58,942 bases of DNA from IMG/VR virus record IMGVR_UViG_3300032284_001272, positions 1-58,942 of that record, one strand, 5' to 3'. Shown here in pieces: positions 26,919-37,703 of the stretch. The notes beneath the pieces were generated by a model. That model was not told where the DNA came from. It ran no database searches and saw nothing but the letters and a program-made list of their open reading frames with translations. Position 1 is the first letter of the stretch; the number at the start of each line of letters is the position of its first letter. The stretch comes from a virus. Its lineage: Duplodnaviria > Caudoviricetes. The position numbers and the translations under genes were made by a program.

Positions 26919-27637
26919 TGACAACGAGCGGCACATACAATTTTAACCCCAGTTTAGGTGAAGTCGTTCTCAACGCCTTCGCCCGCTGTGGTGTGCGCCG
27001 CACCGCCCTCCTTCAAGAACACATGCAGGACGCAAGGTTTGAAGCGAACCTTATGTTCTCAGAGTGGTCTAATCGCGGGGTAAACCTTTGGAAGGTGGAT
27101 TTGCAAACAATCCCCCTTACGCAGGGCGTTACGCAGTATTTCGCATCAACTAATAGTGTGTCTGATGACGCCGCCAAAACTATTATGGTGCTTGACGCGT
27201 ACATCACGACAAATTCTGGTCAAGAAACTCAATTTGACCGCGTAATTATGCCTATTTCGCGCACGGAATACGCACAAACACCCAACAAAAACCTTCAATC
27301 CCCACCAACTGTGTTCTGGTTTGATCGTTTGATTAACCCAACCATCACATTGTGGCCTGTACCTGACCAAACAGGTGTTTATACGCTTAATTTTTACCGC
27401 GTTATTCAGGTGCAGGATGCGGAGACAACAGGGGCGCAAACCCTTGATATCCCATATCGTTGGCTTGATGCGGCATGTGCGGGGTTAGCTGCTAGATTAG
27501 CTAATATTTACTCTCCTGATAGGTCTAATTTGCTTGAGCAAAAGGCTGCACAGGCGTATGATATAGCCGCTACTCAGGATACGGAAAACGTACCTCTTTA
27601 CATTATGCCGGGGTTGTCCGGGTACTTCAGGACATAA
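26918..27637 (+). CDS. Head-tail adaptor (tail tubular A / P22 gp4-like)
   Basis: MTTSGT, EWSNRGVNLW, ISR.EY...PNK, LWPVPD, GLA..LA. Confidence 0.7.
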   Translation: MTTSGTYNFNPSLGEVVLNAFARCGVRRTALLQEHMQDARFEANLMFSEWSNRGVNLWKVDLQTIPLTQGVTQYFASTNSVSDDAAKTIMVLDAYITTNSGQETQFDRVIMPISRTEYAQTPNKNLQSPPTVFWFDRLINPTITLWPVPDQTGVYTLNFYRVIQVQDAETTGAQTLDIPYRWLDAACAGLAARLANIYSPDRSNLLEQKAAQAYDIAATQDTENVPLYIMPGLSGYFRT

Positions 27638-27639
27638 TC

Positions 27640-28059
27640 ATGGCGTATCGTTATCATGGTAGAGCAACAGTAAATCCCCACAACCCGGCGGCATTTGCCC
27701 GCTGTGACCGTTGCGGGTTTATTTACAACCACAGACAATTGCAATTTCAGTTTGATTATCGCGGGCCGCGCCTCGCTAACTTGAAAATCCTTGTTTGCAA
27801 ACCTTGCTACGATAAGCCTCAGGCTCAATTAAAGCCTATCGTTCTTACGCAAGATCCTATGCCGATCATTAATGCGCGTCCTGAGAACTTCCTTGACGCT
27901 GAAAACACATACCGCACGACAATGGATGGGAAAACCCGCGTTACCCAAGACGGGCAGACGCGTGTTGTTCAATGGAACGTGGGCGGCGATCCTGTGAATG
28001 GTCAGCCAAACCTTTACCCACCCACTGATGTCGCGCACTTTTTGATACCGACGGAGTAA
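27640..28059 (+). CDS. Conserved CxxC-CxxC neck/tail-module protein
   Basis: CDRCGF...VCKPCYDKPQ...DP..I.NARP. Confidence 0.65.
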   Translation: MAYRYHGRATVNPHNPAAFARCDRCGFIYNHRQLQFQFDYRGPRLANLKILVCKPCYDKPQAQLKPIVLTQDPMPIINARPENFLDAENTYRTTMDGKTRVTQDGQTRVVQWNVGGDPVNGQPNLYPPTDVAHFLIPTE

Positions 28060-28062
28060 TAA

Positions 28063-30489
28063 ATGGCTAATGAAACCATCCTTATGCTCCCTAACGTCCC
28101 TACGGCGTTAAACGGCAATGAAGCAATTGAGATCGTGCAGAGCGGAACGTCGTATCAATCTACGACGGGTGCTATCGCTAACCTTGCAAATTACAATTAC
28201 CCAACAATTTCAGCGGGTTATTTGATTGGTAACCCAACTCAAGGTACCGCTGTATCACAACCAACGTCAGTATCCGCCCTTTTAGATGTTGCTTTTGGTT
28301 CTACGCAGGGCGGGATTCTTTATCGCGGTGTCGGTAACTGGAATTTCCTTCAGCCAGCATCTTCCGCTGGTTACGCCTTATTATCTGGCGGCCCAAGCGC
28401 GGACCCATATTGGCAAGTTGAACCGGGTTTTGGTACGGTTCAAAGTGTTGGGATCAATACGGGTTCGACAAACACAAATTTGGTCACCAAAATCGGTGCG
28501 ACCGTATCCACAACATCCCCTATTACGGCGGTTGGTACAATCTCCATCGTCGATAACCCAACCTTTAACACATCAGTCACATCCCCATTCTTAATTGCTA
28601 CGGGGACAGTAACCGGATCGTTAAGTGCTGGGGCTGTTTCATATGGAACATTAAGTTATCCAGATACGAACGTTCTCGCGTCGTTCCAATCGTCTGTAGC
28701 TTCTTATAATCAAATAATTGTTCAAAATTCGAGCAACAACGCTGCGGCGTCTGCATCGTACCTTGTTTCAAATGACGCTGGCACCGCTTCTACATATTAT
28801 GGCGAATTTGGCATGAATTCATCCGGGTTTACCGGAACTGGTGCATTTAATTCCCCTAATACTGTTTATTTAGATTCAGCATCCGCAGACCTTGCGATTG
28901 GTACGACGACAGCAAACGCCATCCACTTTGTGGTCAATAATGGCACGACAGACGCAGCTACCATTTCTTCTGCTGGTGTCTTCTCTTTAGCAACAGCCCT
29001 CGCAGCCACTTCTGGTGGCACGGGACAGGCCTCTTACGCTATTGGTGACATCCTATACGCCAGCACAACAACGGCACTCTCACGCCTCGCTGATGTCGCT
29101 ACGGGCAATGCCCTGATATCTGGCGGCGTTAATACAGCCCCATCATGGGGTAAGATTGGTCTCACGACGCATGTCTCCGGTACGCTTCCTGTCGGGAACG
29201 GCGGAACTGGCGCAACCACATTTACTGCTAACGGTATTATTTATGGCAATGCAACAAGTGCGCTTGTCGCAACAGCCGCAGGAACAACCGGGCAAATTCT
29301 AATTGGCAATACAAGTGCTGCGCCATCTTGGGCGGCGGCTACATCAGTTGCTGTCACATCTATATCGTTTGGTGCGACTGGATTAACCCCAAATACGGCT
29401 ACGCAAGGCGCTGTAACGGTTGCGGGAACATTGGCAACCGCTAACGGCGGCACAAACCTTACGACATTTACTGCTGCTAATAACGCGATTTACTCAACAT
29501 CAGCATCTGTTTTGACTGCCGGGACTCTTCCTGTCGCCGCTGGCGGCACTGGTGCGACAACCTTGACGCTTAACGGCGTATTGTATGGCAACGGCACGGG
29601 CGTTGTTTCTGTTACTGCACAGGGCGCTGCAAATACGATCCTTACAGCGAACGCTGGCGCTCCTTCGTTCTCCGCCACCCCGACCATTGGTACATCAGTC
29701 ACTGTCCCATTGGTTATTGGTGGTACGGCAGCAGGGTCAAAATTGACCCTTACATCAACAAGCAACGCAACGGCTTCCGGCGATCAGGTTTTGATTAACG
29801 TCGGCAACAACGGTGCGACCACGGCAGCCACGTTCGCATCAACCGCTGCGTTTTTGCAGATGGGTGCAGGAACATCAACAATTGCGCCTCTCAAATTTAC
29901 ATCCGGAACAAATCTTGGCACAGCAGCCGCTGGTGTTGTTGAGTACGACGGATCTGTTTATTATCAAACAGGAACAACTACGCTTGGACGCGGATATGTC
30001 CCAGTTACTCAAATCTTCAAACTTACGGCTTCTGGTTCTGCGATTGGTCCCGGCATCGCAAACTATTTTGGAGCGACATCAGGTGTTTCGCTTGAAACAA
30101 GCGCGTATTATGAACTTGAAGCGGAATTGTTCTTTTTAAAGACAACTGCGGGTACAGTGACATTTACGCTCACTTTCACACAAGCGCCAATCAGCGCGAC
30201 CGCATATTACAGCGGCTCACCTGTCGGCGGTGTCGGCACGGTTGGATCGCCTCAAACTGCGGCAGTTTTAAACTCGACATCAACAGCGACTGCAATGCCA
30301 GTAACGGGTACGCTGACAACCACAGTCAACCATCAGTACAAAATTTACGCGATTTTCCAAGCAAACGCGACAACTGGGGGTACTTTAAACCTTCAAATTA
30401 CAAGCAGTGCGGGAACAACGACATCTCTCGCGTTGAGCAATTATAAAGTTCGCAGGATCGCAACAGCTAACGTCGGCGCGTTCGCATAA
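28063..30489 (+). CDS. Tail fibre protein
   Basis: Repeated LPVxxGGTG fibre repeats. Confidence 0.8.
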   Translation: MANETILMLPNVPTALNGNEAIEIVQSGTSYQSTTGAIANLANYNYPTISAGYLIGNPTQGTAVSQPTSVSALLDVAFGSTQGGILYRGVGNWNFLQPASSAGYALLSGGPSADPYWQVEPGFGTVQSVGINTGSTNTNLVTKIGATVSTTSPITAVGTISIVDNPTFNTSVTSPFLIATGTVTGSLSAGAVSYGTLSYPDTNVLASFQSSVASYNQIIVQNSSNNAAASASYLVSNDAGTASTYYGEFGMNSSGFTGTGAFNSPNTVYLDSASADLAIGTTTANAIHFVVNNGTTDAATISSAGVFSLATALAATSGGTGQASYAIGDILYASTTTALSRLADVATGNALISGGVNTAPSWGKIGLTTHVSGTLPVGNGGTGATTFTANGIIYGNATSALVATAAGTTGQILIGNTSAAPSWAAATSVAVTSISFGATGLTPNTATQGAVTVAGTLATANGGTNLTTFTAANNAIYSTSASVLTAGTLPVAAGGTGATTLTLNGVLYGNGTGVVSVTAQGAANTILTANAGAPSFSATPTIGTSVTVPLVIGGTAAGSKLTLTSTSNATASGDQVLINVGNNGATTAATFASTAAFLQMGAGTSTIAPLKFTSGTNLGTAAAGVVEYDGSVYYQTGTTTLGRGYVPVTQIFKLTASGSAIGPGIANYFGATSGVSLETSAYYELEAELFFLKTTAGTVTFTLTFTQAPISATAYYSGSPVGGVGTVGSPQTAAVLNSTSTATAMPVTGTLTTTVNHQYKIYAIFQANATTGGTLNLQITSSAGTTTSLALSNYKVRRIATANVGAFA

Positions 30490-30497
30490 GGGAGCAA

Positions 30498-31247
30498 ATG
30501 ATGCCATTAAGTTTAAAAGGTACGACATCTGGTCAAGTTACCCTCACCGTCCCGGCAGTTGCTGGGTCGGGGACGCTTACGCTTCCCACAACAACGGATA
30601 CGGTCGCGACCCTCACAAGCAATACGTTCGTTACGCCTACGCTTACGTCGCCTATCGTTTCTGGAAACCTTACTCTTAACGGTTCTTCAAGTGGGACAAT
30701 TGCGGTAGCTGCCCCGGCCACAGCATCAGGTACTGTTACTTTCCCGGCGGGTACGGGAACGGTAGCTGTTCAAGGTGTTTCTACAAATATCGTATCTGGT
30801 ACAGCGCAAAACTCTACATCCGGTACTTCAATCGACTTCACGGGTATTCCATCATGGGCAAAGCGCATTACGGTAATGTTTAATGCTGTAAGTATAACCG
30901 GAACTTCAAATTATTTAGTGCAAATTGGTAATTCTGGTGGCGTTGAAACAACTGGATATGTAAGTCAAGCACAAGCGACTAACACTACAGCAACAAGTAC
31001 TGCTGGATTTATTCAATATCATACTTCTACCATTGCCTCCAATTCTTACTATGGACAATGTGTGCTTGCTTTATTTGGATCTAATACTTGGATTCAATTT
31101 AGCGGGTTAGGAAGCACTCCAACGGTTAGCGTGGCATTAGGTACTGGTGCAAAAACACTCTCAACCACGCTTGACCGCGTCCGAATCACCACAGTCAATG
31201 GCACAGACACATTCGACGCTGGTTCAATCAACATTGTGTGGGAATAA
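30498..31247 (+). CDS. Tail fibre-associated protein
   Basis: LxGxSSG...PA.A repeats; SIDFTGIPSWAKRIT...TFDAGSINI. Confidence 0.65.
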   Translation: MMPLSLKGTTSGQVTLTVPAVAGSGTLTLPTTTDTVATLTSNTFVTPTLTSPIVSGNLTLNGSSSGTIAVAAPATASGTVTFPAGTGTVAVQGVSTNIVSGTAQNSTSGTSIDFTGIPSWAKRITVMFNAVSITGTSNYLVQIGNSGGVETTGYVSQAQATNTTATSTAGFIQYHTSTIASNSYYGQCVLALFGSNTWIQFSGLGSTPTVSVALGTGAKTLSTTLDRVRITTVNGTDTFDAGSINIVWE

Positions 31248-31250
31248 GAC

Positions 31251-31898
31251 ATGTCAACACTTGCCGTATCCCAAATTACAAACCCATCAACCTACTTTGT
31301 GGGGACTGGTTCAATTTCCGGCACTACCCTCACAATCACCGCCGTTACATCTGGCGTGTTGGCGGTAGGCGCTACAATCACGGGTACGGGTGTAACATCC
31401 TCACCCGCAACAACAATCCAGAGTATTACGCAAGCTACGACGCTCCCATACACATATGTGGTGAATCAATCTCAGACCGTATCATCCACCACGATTAACG
31501 GCACGACGGGTGCTGTCTCCATGACGATGAACGCGAACGGCAGTGTCACGTTTGGCGTCCCATTAATCGCAGTCACATCCACAACTACGACTGTATCTTC
31601 CCCACTCGCGTGGAACAGTGGAAGCTACCAACAATATTCCCTTACCGCCCTTGCGAATGCCCTTACGATTAACGCGGATTCTGGATCACCATTAGACGGT
31701 CAGCGCATGATTTTCCGTATTAATGATAACGGCACTGCCCGCGCATTAACATGGGTAACGTCTGGTTCAGGGGCATTTAGGGCTGTTGGAGTATCTCTCC
31801 CGACCACAACAACCGCCAATAAAGCTACTTATGTTGGGTGCATTTATAATGCCTCTTCATCAACTTGGGATGTCGTTGCTGTGGGGACGCAATCGTAA
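31251..31898 (+). CDS. Tail fibre-associated protein
   Basis: Beta module plus DNGTARALTW...GCIYN...WDVVAV C-terminal domain. Confidence 0.65.
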   Translation: MSTLAVSQITNPSTYFVGTGSISGTTLTITAVTSGVLAVGATITGTGVTSSPATTIQSITQATTLPYTYVVNQSQTVSSTTINGTTGAVSMTMNANGSVTFGVPLIAVTSTTTTVSSPLAWNSGSYQQYSLTALANALTINADSGSPLDGQRMIFRINDNGTARALTWVTSGSGAFRAVGVSLPTTTTANKATYVGCIYNASSSTWDVVAVGTQS

Positions 31899-33550
31899 TG
31901 GCTTTTACTAAGCAAGTATTCCTCACTACTGTTGGCTCTGGAACTTGGACAGTTCCAAGTGACTTTGGCTCGTTGATCAGTGTTGAGACCATTGGTGGTG
32001 GTGGAGGTGGTGGCGGGACTAATGGCGCATCTGCTAGTTCTGGCTCGGGCGGAGGCGGTGGCGCTTATTCAAAAATTACAAGTCTATCTTTAACAGTCGG
32101 CGCATCAATTTCTTATTCTGTTGGCGCAGCTGGTGTCGGCGGGGCAAATGCCTCAGGAACAGCAGGCGGAGACACTTGGTTTAATGGGACGGTTATAACA
32201 TCATGCTCAGTCGGCGCGAAAGGTGGCGGCGGAGGTGGTGCAAGTACGGCTGCAGCAGGTACAGGCGGGGGTTTAGCCTTAGGTACAGGTTTAATAAAAT
32301 ATTCAGGAGGGAACGGAGTCACTGGTGGTTCTCAACCGGGCGGTGGCGGAGGTGCGGCTGGCCCATCTGGGACAGGTGGCAACGCTTCTGGAAAAATAGG
32401 TGGTTCTGCTAACAATAATACAACGGCTGGCGGAGGCACTGATGGGGCAAGTGGTGGCAGCGGAACAGAATTTGACTCGACGCACGGTTGCGGCTCTGGC
32501 GGCGCAAGCGGCGTAAGCAGTGGTGGATCTGGCGGAACATATGGCGGTGCAGGCGGTGGCATAGATCATGCTGGCTCAACATCGACCCCCGGCGGTAATG
32601 GCGCTCAAGGTCTCATCGTCATCACCTACACGCCTGCGGGCACGCTTAAACAGGTGTTTTTGACGACGACAGGCGCAGGAACATGGACTGTTCCATCTGA
32701 TTTTAATTCAAATGCGAATACGATTGAAACAATTGGTGGGGGTGGTTCTGGAGCAGGTGCGCTTGTCGGCACAGCTTATGGAGGAGGCGGCGGCGGAGGC
32801 GCTTACTCAAAAATATCCAATTTATCGTTAAGTGCGGGCGCAAATATTACTTATGCAGTAGGATCTGGAGGAACATCTTCATCTTCGGCTGCGGGAAAAT
32901 CTGGCGGCGATACTTGGTTTAATGGCGCATCTCTTGCTGCGTCATCTGTTGGCGCTAAAGGCGGCGGGGGGGGAACATACGGAATACCAGCAACAGGGGG
33001 AGCGGGTGGAGCGTCCGCATCAGGTATTGGAACGACAAAATATTCCGGTGGCAATGGCGCACCAGTAACGTCATCCAGCAATACAGGCGGCGGTGGCGGT
33101 GCAGCAGGTCCAAATGGTGCGGGTGCGAACGGAGGATCTGGTTGGAATAATACAGGTCAAGGTGGTGGCGGCGGGGGCGGCAGCGGCGGCGGTTCTGCGG
33201 GTTCAATTTATTCAGGAGTTACTGGCGGAGCTGGTGGCAATAATTTTTCAGGATCAGGCGGGGGCAGCGCGGGGAATGCAGGAACCAATGGAGGAGGCGG
33301 TGGAGGCGGCACTAATGGCGGCGGGAATGCAGGTAGCGCTGGCGGTAATGGCATAGAATGGGATAGCACTCATGGAGCTGGTGGAGGCGGTGGCGGAAGT
33401 GCTGTAACTACATCTACTGGCGGAAATGGTGGCCTTTATGGAGGAGGCGGAGGGACAGGAACTAATGCCGCTTCCGGAGCTGGCGCTCAAGGCATCATTG
33501 TCATCAGCTACGTTCCTTTTACCCCCGGTCAATTTTTCTTATTCTTCTAA
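31898..33550 (+). CDS. Glycine-rich tail protein with two tandem domains
   Basis: Two copies of KQVFLTT.G.GTWTVPSDF...GAQG.IVI.Y. Confidence 0.75.
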   Translation: MAFTKQVFLTTVGSGTWTVPSDFGSLISVETIGGGGGGGGTNGASASSGSGGGGGAYSKITSLSLTVGASISYSVGAAGVGGANASGTAGGDTWFNGTVITSCSVGAKGGGGGGASTAAAGTGGGLALGTGLIKYSGGNGVTGGSQPGGGGGAAGPSGTGGNASGKIGGSANNNTTAGGGTDGASGGSGTEFDSTHGCGSGGASGVSSGGSGGTYGGAGGGIDHAGSTSTPGGNGAQGLIVITYTPAGTLKQVFLTTTGAGTWTVPSDFNSNANTIETIGGGGSGAGALVGTAYGGGGGGGAYSKISNLSLSAGANITYAVGSGGTSSSSAAGKSGGDTWFNGASLAASSVGAKGGGGGTYGIPATGGAGGASASGIGTTKYSGGNGAPVTSSSNTGGGGGAAGPNGAGANGGSGWNNTGQGGGGGGGSGGGSAGSIYSGVTGGAGGNNFSGSGGGSAGNAGTNGGGGGGGTNGGGNAGSAGGNGIEWDSTHGAGGGGGGSAVTTSTGGNGGLYGGGGGTGTNAASGAGAQGIIVISYVPFTPGQFFLFF

Positions 33551-33558
33551 GGTGCATC

Positions 33559-33792
33559 ATGGAACCACAAACCATAATTGATATTATCGCTGGTGCCGTC
33601 CTTGCTGCGCTTGGTTGGTTCGCAAATGAAATGTGGACCGCGATGAAAGAACTTCGTCAAGATGTTCATGACCTAGAGGTAACCCTACCGTCAAAATACG
33701 TCAGGAGGGAGGAATTCTCTGAAGGTATAAAGGAAATCAAAGACTTGCTTGGGAAAATCTTTGACAAATTGGACAATAAAGTCGATAAGTGA
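33559..33792 (+). CDS. Small membrane / coiled-coil protein
   Basis: N-terminal TM segment; LPSKYV...IFDKLD.K.DK. Confidence 0.65.
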   Translation: MEPQTIIDIIAGAVLAALGWFANEMWTAMKELRQDVHDLEVTLPSKYVRREEFSEGIKEIKDLLGKIFDKLDNKVDK

Positions 33793-33813
33793 AGTCCCTT
33801 AACGGAGGTAAAA

Positions 33814-34017
33814 ATGTCAAAAATTACGCTTGAATTGGCTATCCACGAAGTAAACGCAATCCTCACAGGCCTCGCGAAACTCCCTTACGAAGCGGTGCAT
33901 GAGCTGATTACGCTTATCCGTGGGGAGGGGACAAAGCAGATCGAAGCTAACCCGGCGATTGCGGCTGCTCCTGCGGCTACTCCAGAAACACCTGCTGTAG
34001 AAACCCCGGCGGCTTAA
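33814..34017 (+). CDS. Small tail-fibre chaperone-like protein
   Basis: EVNAILTGLAKLPY; GGAGG SD. Confidence 0.6.
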   Translation: MSKITLELAIHEVNAILTGLAKLPYEAVHELITLIRGEGTKQIEANPAIAAAPAATPETPAVETPAA

Positions 34018-34018
34018 A

Positions 34019-34354
34019 ATGGCTATCACGTACTCTTGGCAAATAAATGGGATGAGTTCTATCCCATCCCCAAATTTGTACAATAGTTACGTGATCATGA
34101 CCGTTAACTGGCAGTATTCAGCTAGGGACGGGCAATACTTCTCAACCATATCCGGGGTTACGGAATTAAGTGAACCTGAAGGTCCAGACTTCATACCATT
34201 TGATCAGGTTACCCCGGACATTGCCGCAAGTTGGGTGGCGGGCGCACTTGGGGACACTACAGTCCAGCAAATGCAGTCCAACCTAGAAAAAAACATAAAC
34301 AAACAAAAAACAACATCAAATACTAACCTACCGCCGCCCTTTACTTTAGGGTAA
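34019..34354 (+). CDS. Tail-fibre-associated hypothetical protein
   Basis: ITYSWQI...FIPFDQVT...WV..ALG. Confidence 0.6.
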   Translation: MAITYSWQINGMSSIPSPNLYNSYVIMTVNWQYSARDGQYFSTISGVTELSEPEGPDFIPFDQVTPDIAASWVAGALGDTTVQQMQSNLEKNINKQKTTSNTNLPPPFTLG

Positions 34355-34382
34355 GATATAATGGTAGCTTTTGGAGCCGATC

Positions 34383-35084
34383 ATGTCTCTTACCTATGCG
34401 ACGTTAACCACTTCATTGGCGAACCTTATCGCCATCCAGTCTTCCGATTCAAATTTTCAAAGCATCCTGCCGGAAATCATTGATTACGCGGAATTGCGCA
34501 TTCAGCGCGATCTTGACCTGCTAAGCACTGTTACGGCGGACACTTCTACGGTTACGACGGCTGGTAGCAGGAATGTCACGATCCCTAATACATTTGTGAC
34601 GGTTCAACAGATCAACGCGCTTACCCCAGCAGGGGCAACAGCCACTTCTGGAACCCGCATAGCCTTAACACCCGTTGCCAAAGAATATATGGATGCCGTG
34701 TACAACACCCCATCCGTTACGGGCATACCCGTGACGTTCGCTATGCTTAGCCAATTTAACGTGATCCTAGGGCCATACCCAAATGATACCTATACCCTTG
34801 AGGTTGTGGGGACGCAGCGTGTTACGCCTCTTTCCGCCACAAATAGTACCAATTTCCTTTCCACATATTTGCCTGACCTATATTTGGCGGCTGCTATGAT
34901 CTTCACATCCGGTTGGATGCGTAATTTTGGGTCGCAGTCTGATAACCCGCAAATGTCCGTATCGTGGGAAGGGCAATACGGTAACCTCCTTAAATCCGCT
35001 ACCGTGGAAGAATTCCGCAAGAAATTCCAAGCGTCCGCGTGGTCATCCATGTCACCGCCAGCAGTGGCTTCTCCTACGAGGTAA
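34383..35084 (+). CDS. Second adaptor / tail tubular protein
   Basis: YAELRIQRDL, LGPYP..TY, FLSTYLPDLYL. Confidence 0.7.
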   Translation: MSLTYATLTTSLANLIAIQSSDSNFQSILPEIIDYAELRIQRDLDLLSTVTADTSTVTTAGSRNVTIPNTFVTVQQINALTPAGATATSGTRIALTPVAKEYMDAVYNTPSVTGIPVTFAMLSQFNVILGPYPNDTYTLEVVGTQRVTPLSATNSTNFLSTYLPDLYLAAAMIFTSGWMRNFGSQSDNPQMSVSWEGQYGNLLKSATVEEFRKKFQASAWSSMSPPAVASPTR

Positions 35085-35087
35085 GCC

Positions 35088-37703
35088 ATGCCATTTGGTT
35101 CGATTAAGTTTACCCCCGGCATTAATGCGGAATATACCCCAACCCTCAATGAGGCGGGGATTTCCGCCAGCAATCTCATACGTTTTCGTGATGGGTTAGT
35201 TGAAAAATTGGGCGGATGGGCGAAATATATTAACACTGCGATGCCATCAAAGGTCCGCGCTTTGAACGCGTGGCAAGATCTGAACACGCAAACCTACCTT
35301 GGGGTAGGTGGGACAAACTCGCTTGGGTATATCTCTAACCTTACACCCAGCAATCCAGCATCTACGTATTACACAAACATTAGCCCAAAATACGACGACC
35401 AAAACGTCGTACCAAAATTCACAACGACCGCTGGGTCATATGTCGTTACCGTAAAAGACACAAACCGCAACGCCACTTCGTATGATACTTTGTGGCTTAA
35501 AACACCCATATCTGTTGGTGGGTTAATCCTGTCTGGTCTGTATGACATAACTTTTGTTGATTCAAACACTTACACGTTTAACGCAAGTTCATACGCGTCT
35601 CAAACAATCAGTTCTACATTTTCTGGAACCGGGACAATATCAAATGGTTCTGGTGGGGCGGGAACGATCCTTAACATTACCGCAGTGTCATCCGGTACTA
35701 TTGGGATTGGGAGTTTCATCACAGGTACTGGCGTATCTTCCAACACATACGTTGAGGCTATCCTCACGGGTTCAGGCGGTGTTGGCACATATTTGGTGAA
35801 CAATTCGCAAAACACATCATCTACCACAATCTCATCCGCATCAGCGGGTGTTGTCCCATATTTCTCTCTCCCCTCCGGATCATCAGTTTGTACATGCGTA
35901 TTCCCTAACCATGGGTTTATTGTAGGCAGCACTGCCACCTTCCTTACCGCCACCACAATCGGCGGCGTGAAGATACTTGGGGATTACCCAGTACAAACCG
36001 TCGTTGATGCGAATACGTTTACGTTTAATACATCCGTCGCGGCCAACTCCACGACAACCCCATCATTTATGAATGGTGGTAACGCCCACTTTTACTATTA
36101 CATAGGATTAGGCCCAGCAACCGCTGGTGGTGGGTATGGTGCTGGACCTTACGGCGTTGGAGCGTATGGTATTGGTGCATCTGGCGCGAACTTTGTGGGC
36201 ACAGCATCTATTTCAAACGGGTCAGGTGGGGCTGGGAATACCCTTAACGTCACAGCCGTATCAACGGGTAACATAGCGATTGGGACAGTCATCACATACC
36301 CTGTTACTATTGGCGGTGTAGCTACAACTGGCACGACTGTTGTGACGGCGTTTGGTAGCGGATCAGGCGGTACTGGTACGTACACAGTCAGCCCTGCCCC
36401 ATCTCAATATATCGCTTCAGAAACGGTGTCGGGAACCACGGTTCACGCGGGTGCAAATACCGTGCAGGAAACTTGGAGTTTGGATAACTGGGGGCAAGCA
36501 CTTGTGGCTATCCCCAAAAATGGCCCGGTATTCTTTTGGGACCCATCTACAGGGTATCAAACAGCCACTGTTATCCCGCAAGCTCCTCCCGTTAATACTG
36601 GCGGGTTTATGGCTATGCCACAACGTCAGCTTGTGACGTATGGGTCTACGTTTGACGGGGTACAAGATCCACTCCTTGTGCGTTGGTGCGATGTAGCGGA
36701 TTACACCGTATGGAACGCCACATCTCAAAACCAAGCCGGATCTTTCAGAATTGGTTCCGGCAGTAAAATCGTGGGTGGGTTGCAAGCTGCGCAACAGGCG
36801 ATCTTGTGGACGGACGTTGACGCTTGGGCGATGCAATATATCCAGCCGCCACTTGTGTATGGGTTCACAAAAATCTCATCCAGTTGCGGGTTACTCGCTC
36901 AAAAGGCGGCGGTTGCTTTTGGCCCCAACGTATATTGGATGTCTCAAAAACAATTCTTCATGATGACTGGCGGCGGTATTTCCCCAATGCCATGCCCTGT
37001 TTGGGATGCTGTTTTTCAAAACTTGGCTACTGGCACGGTTACGGATCAAACCGCTGCGGACTATGGTCAGCCATACACAAACCGTATTTTCGCTGCCACG
37101 AATAGCCAATTCAATGAAGTGACATGGTATTACCCATCAGCTAATGGCGGCGGTGAAGTAGACTCATATGTCAAATTCAATACGGTTGCTAACGTATGGG
37201 ATTACGGGACATTAACGCGCACAGCTTGGATTGACCAGTCTGTCCTTGGATCTCCTATTGGCGCTGGCATTGACGCCTCTGGCAACTATTACATTTACCA
37301 GCATGAGTCGAACGCGAACGGCCCCCTGTATGACGCGGACGGGTCACCCATGAACTCATTCTTCACAAGTGGTTATGCCGCCATATCTAACGGTGAGGAA
37401 TTTGCGTTTGTGGATTACATGATCCCCGACATGAAATGGCAGTTTTACGGGAACGCTTCAAACAGCGCACAGGTGAACATTACCATTAATGTGACGGATT
37501 ACCCGGGCGACATTGGAACTACGACGCTATCCTACAATTCTTACGGACCCTACACCATGACGGCATCTCAAGATGCTCTCCCCAACATACGTTTCAGGGG
37601 CAGGATGATCCAATTTACCATCAGTTCCCCAGCGAACCAAACGGGAGCTTGGTGGAGGATTGGTAATGTTCGTTACCGTTACGCGCAAGATGGGAGAAGG
37701 TAA
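35088..37703 (+). CDS. Tail nozzle / DNA stabilisation protein (P22 gp10-like)
   Basis: IRFRDG..EKLGGW, WSLDNWG, DPLLVRW.D, FNEVTWYYPS, RTAWID, WRIG...DGRR. Confidence 0.8.
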   Translation: MPFGSIKFTPGINAEYTPTLNEAGISASNLIRFRDGLVEKLGGWAKYINTAMPSKVRALNAWQDLNTQTYLGVGGTNSLGYISNLTPSNPASTYYTNISPKYDDQNVVPKFTTTAGSYVVTVKDTNRNATSYDTLWLKTPISVGGLILSGLYDITFVDSNTYTFNASSYASQTISSTFSGTGTISNGSGGAGTILNITAVSSGTIGIGSFITGTGVSSNTYVEAILTGSGGVGTYLVNNSQNTSSTTISSASAGVVPYFSLPSGSSVCTCVFPNHGFIVGSTATFLTATTIGGVKILGDYPVQTVVDANTFTFNTSVAANSTTTPSFMNGGNAHFYYYIGLGPATAGGGYGAGPYGVGAYGIGASGANFVGTASISNGSGGAGNTLNVTAVSTGNIAIGTVITYPVTIGGVATTGTTVVTAFGSGSGGTGTYTVSPAPSQYIASETVSGTTVHAGANTVQETWSLDNWGQALVAIPKNGPVFFWDPSTGYQTATVIPQAPPVNTGGFMAMPQRQLVTYGSTFDGVQDPLLVRWCDVADYTVWNATSQNQAGSFRIGSGSKIVGGLQAAQQAILWTDVDAWAMQYIQPPLVYGFTKISSSCGLLAQKAAVAFGPNVYWMSQKQFFMMTGGGISPMPCPVWDAVFQNLATGTVTDQTAADYGQPYTNRIFAATNSQFNEVTWYYPSANGGGEVDSYVKFNTVANVWDYGTLTRTAWIDQSVLGSPIGAGIDASGNYYIYQHESNANGPLYDADGSPMNSFFTSGYAAISNGEEFAFVDYMIPDMKWQFYGNASNSAQVNITINVTDYPGDIGTTTLSYNSYGPYTMTASQDALPNIRFRGRMIQFTISSPANQTGAWWRIGNVRYRYAQDGRR

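Noticed and set aside
28063-33550. Diversity-generating retroelement acting on fibres
   Set aside because: No reverse transcriptase is present, and the duplicated Gly-rich domains do not differ specifically at adenines
31898-33550. GG runs in the Gly-rich tail protein as part of the junction code
   Set aside because: These are continuous polyglycine-type repeats of a known fibre domain and lack the paired basic/aromatic context
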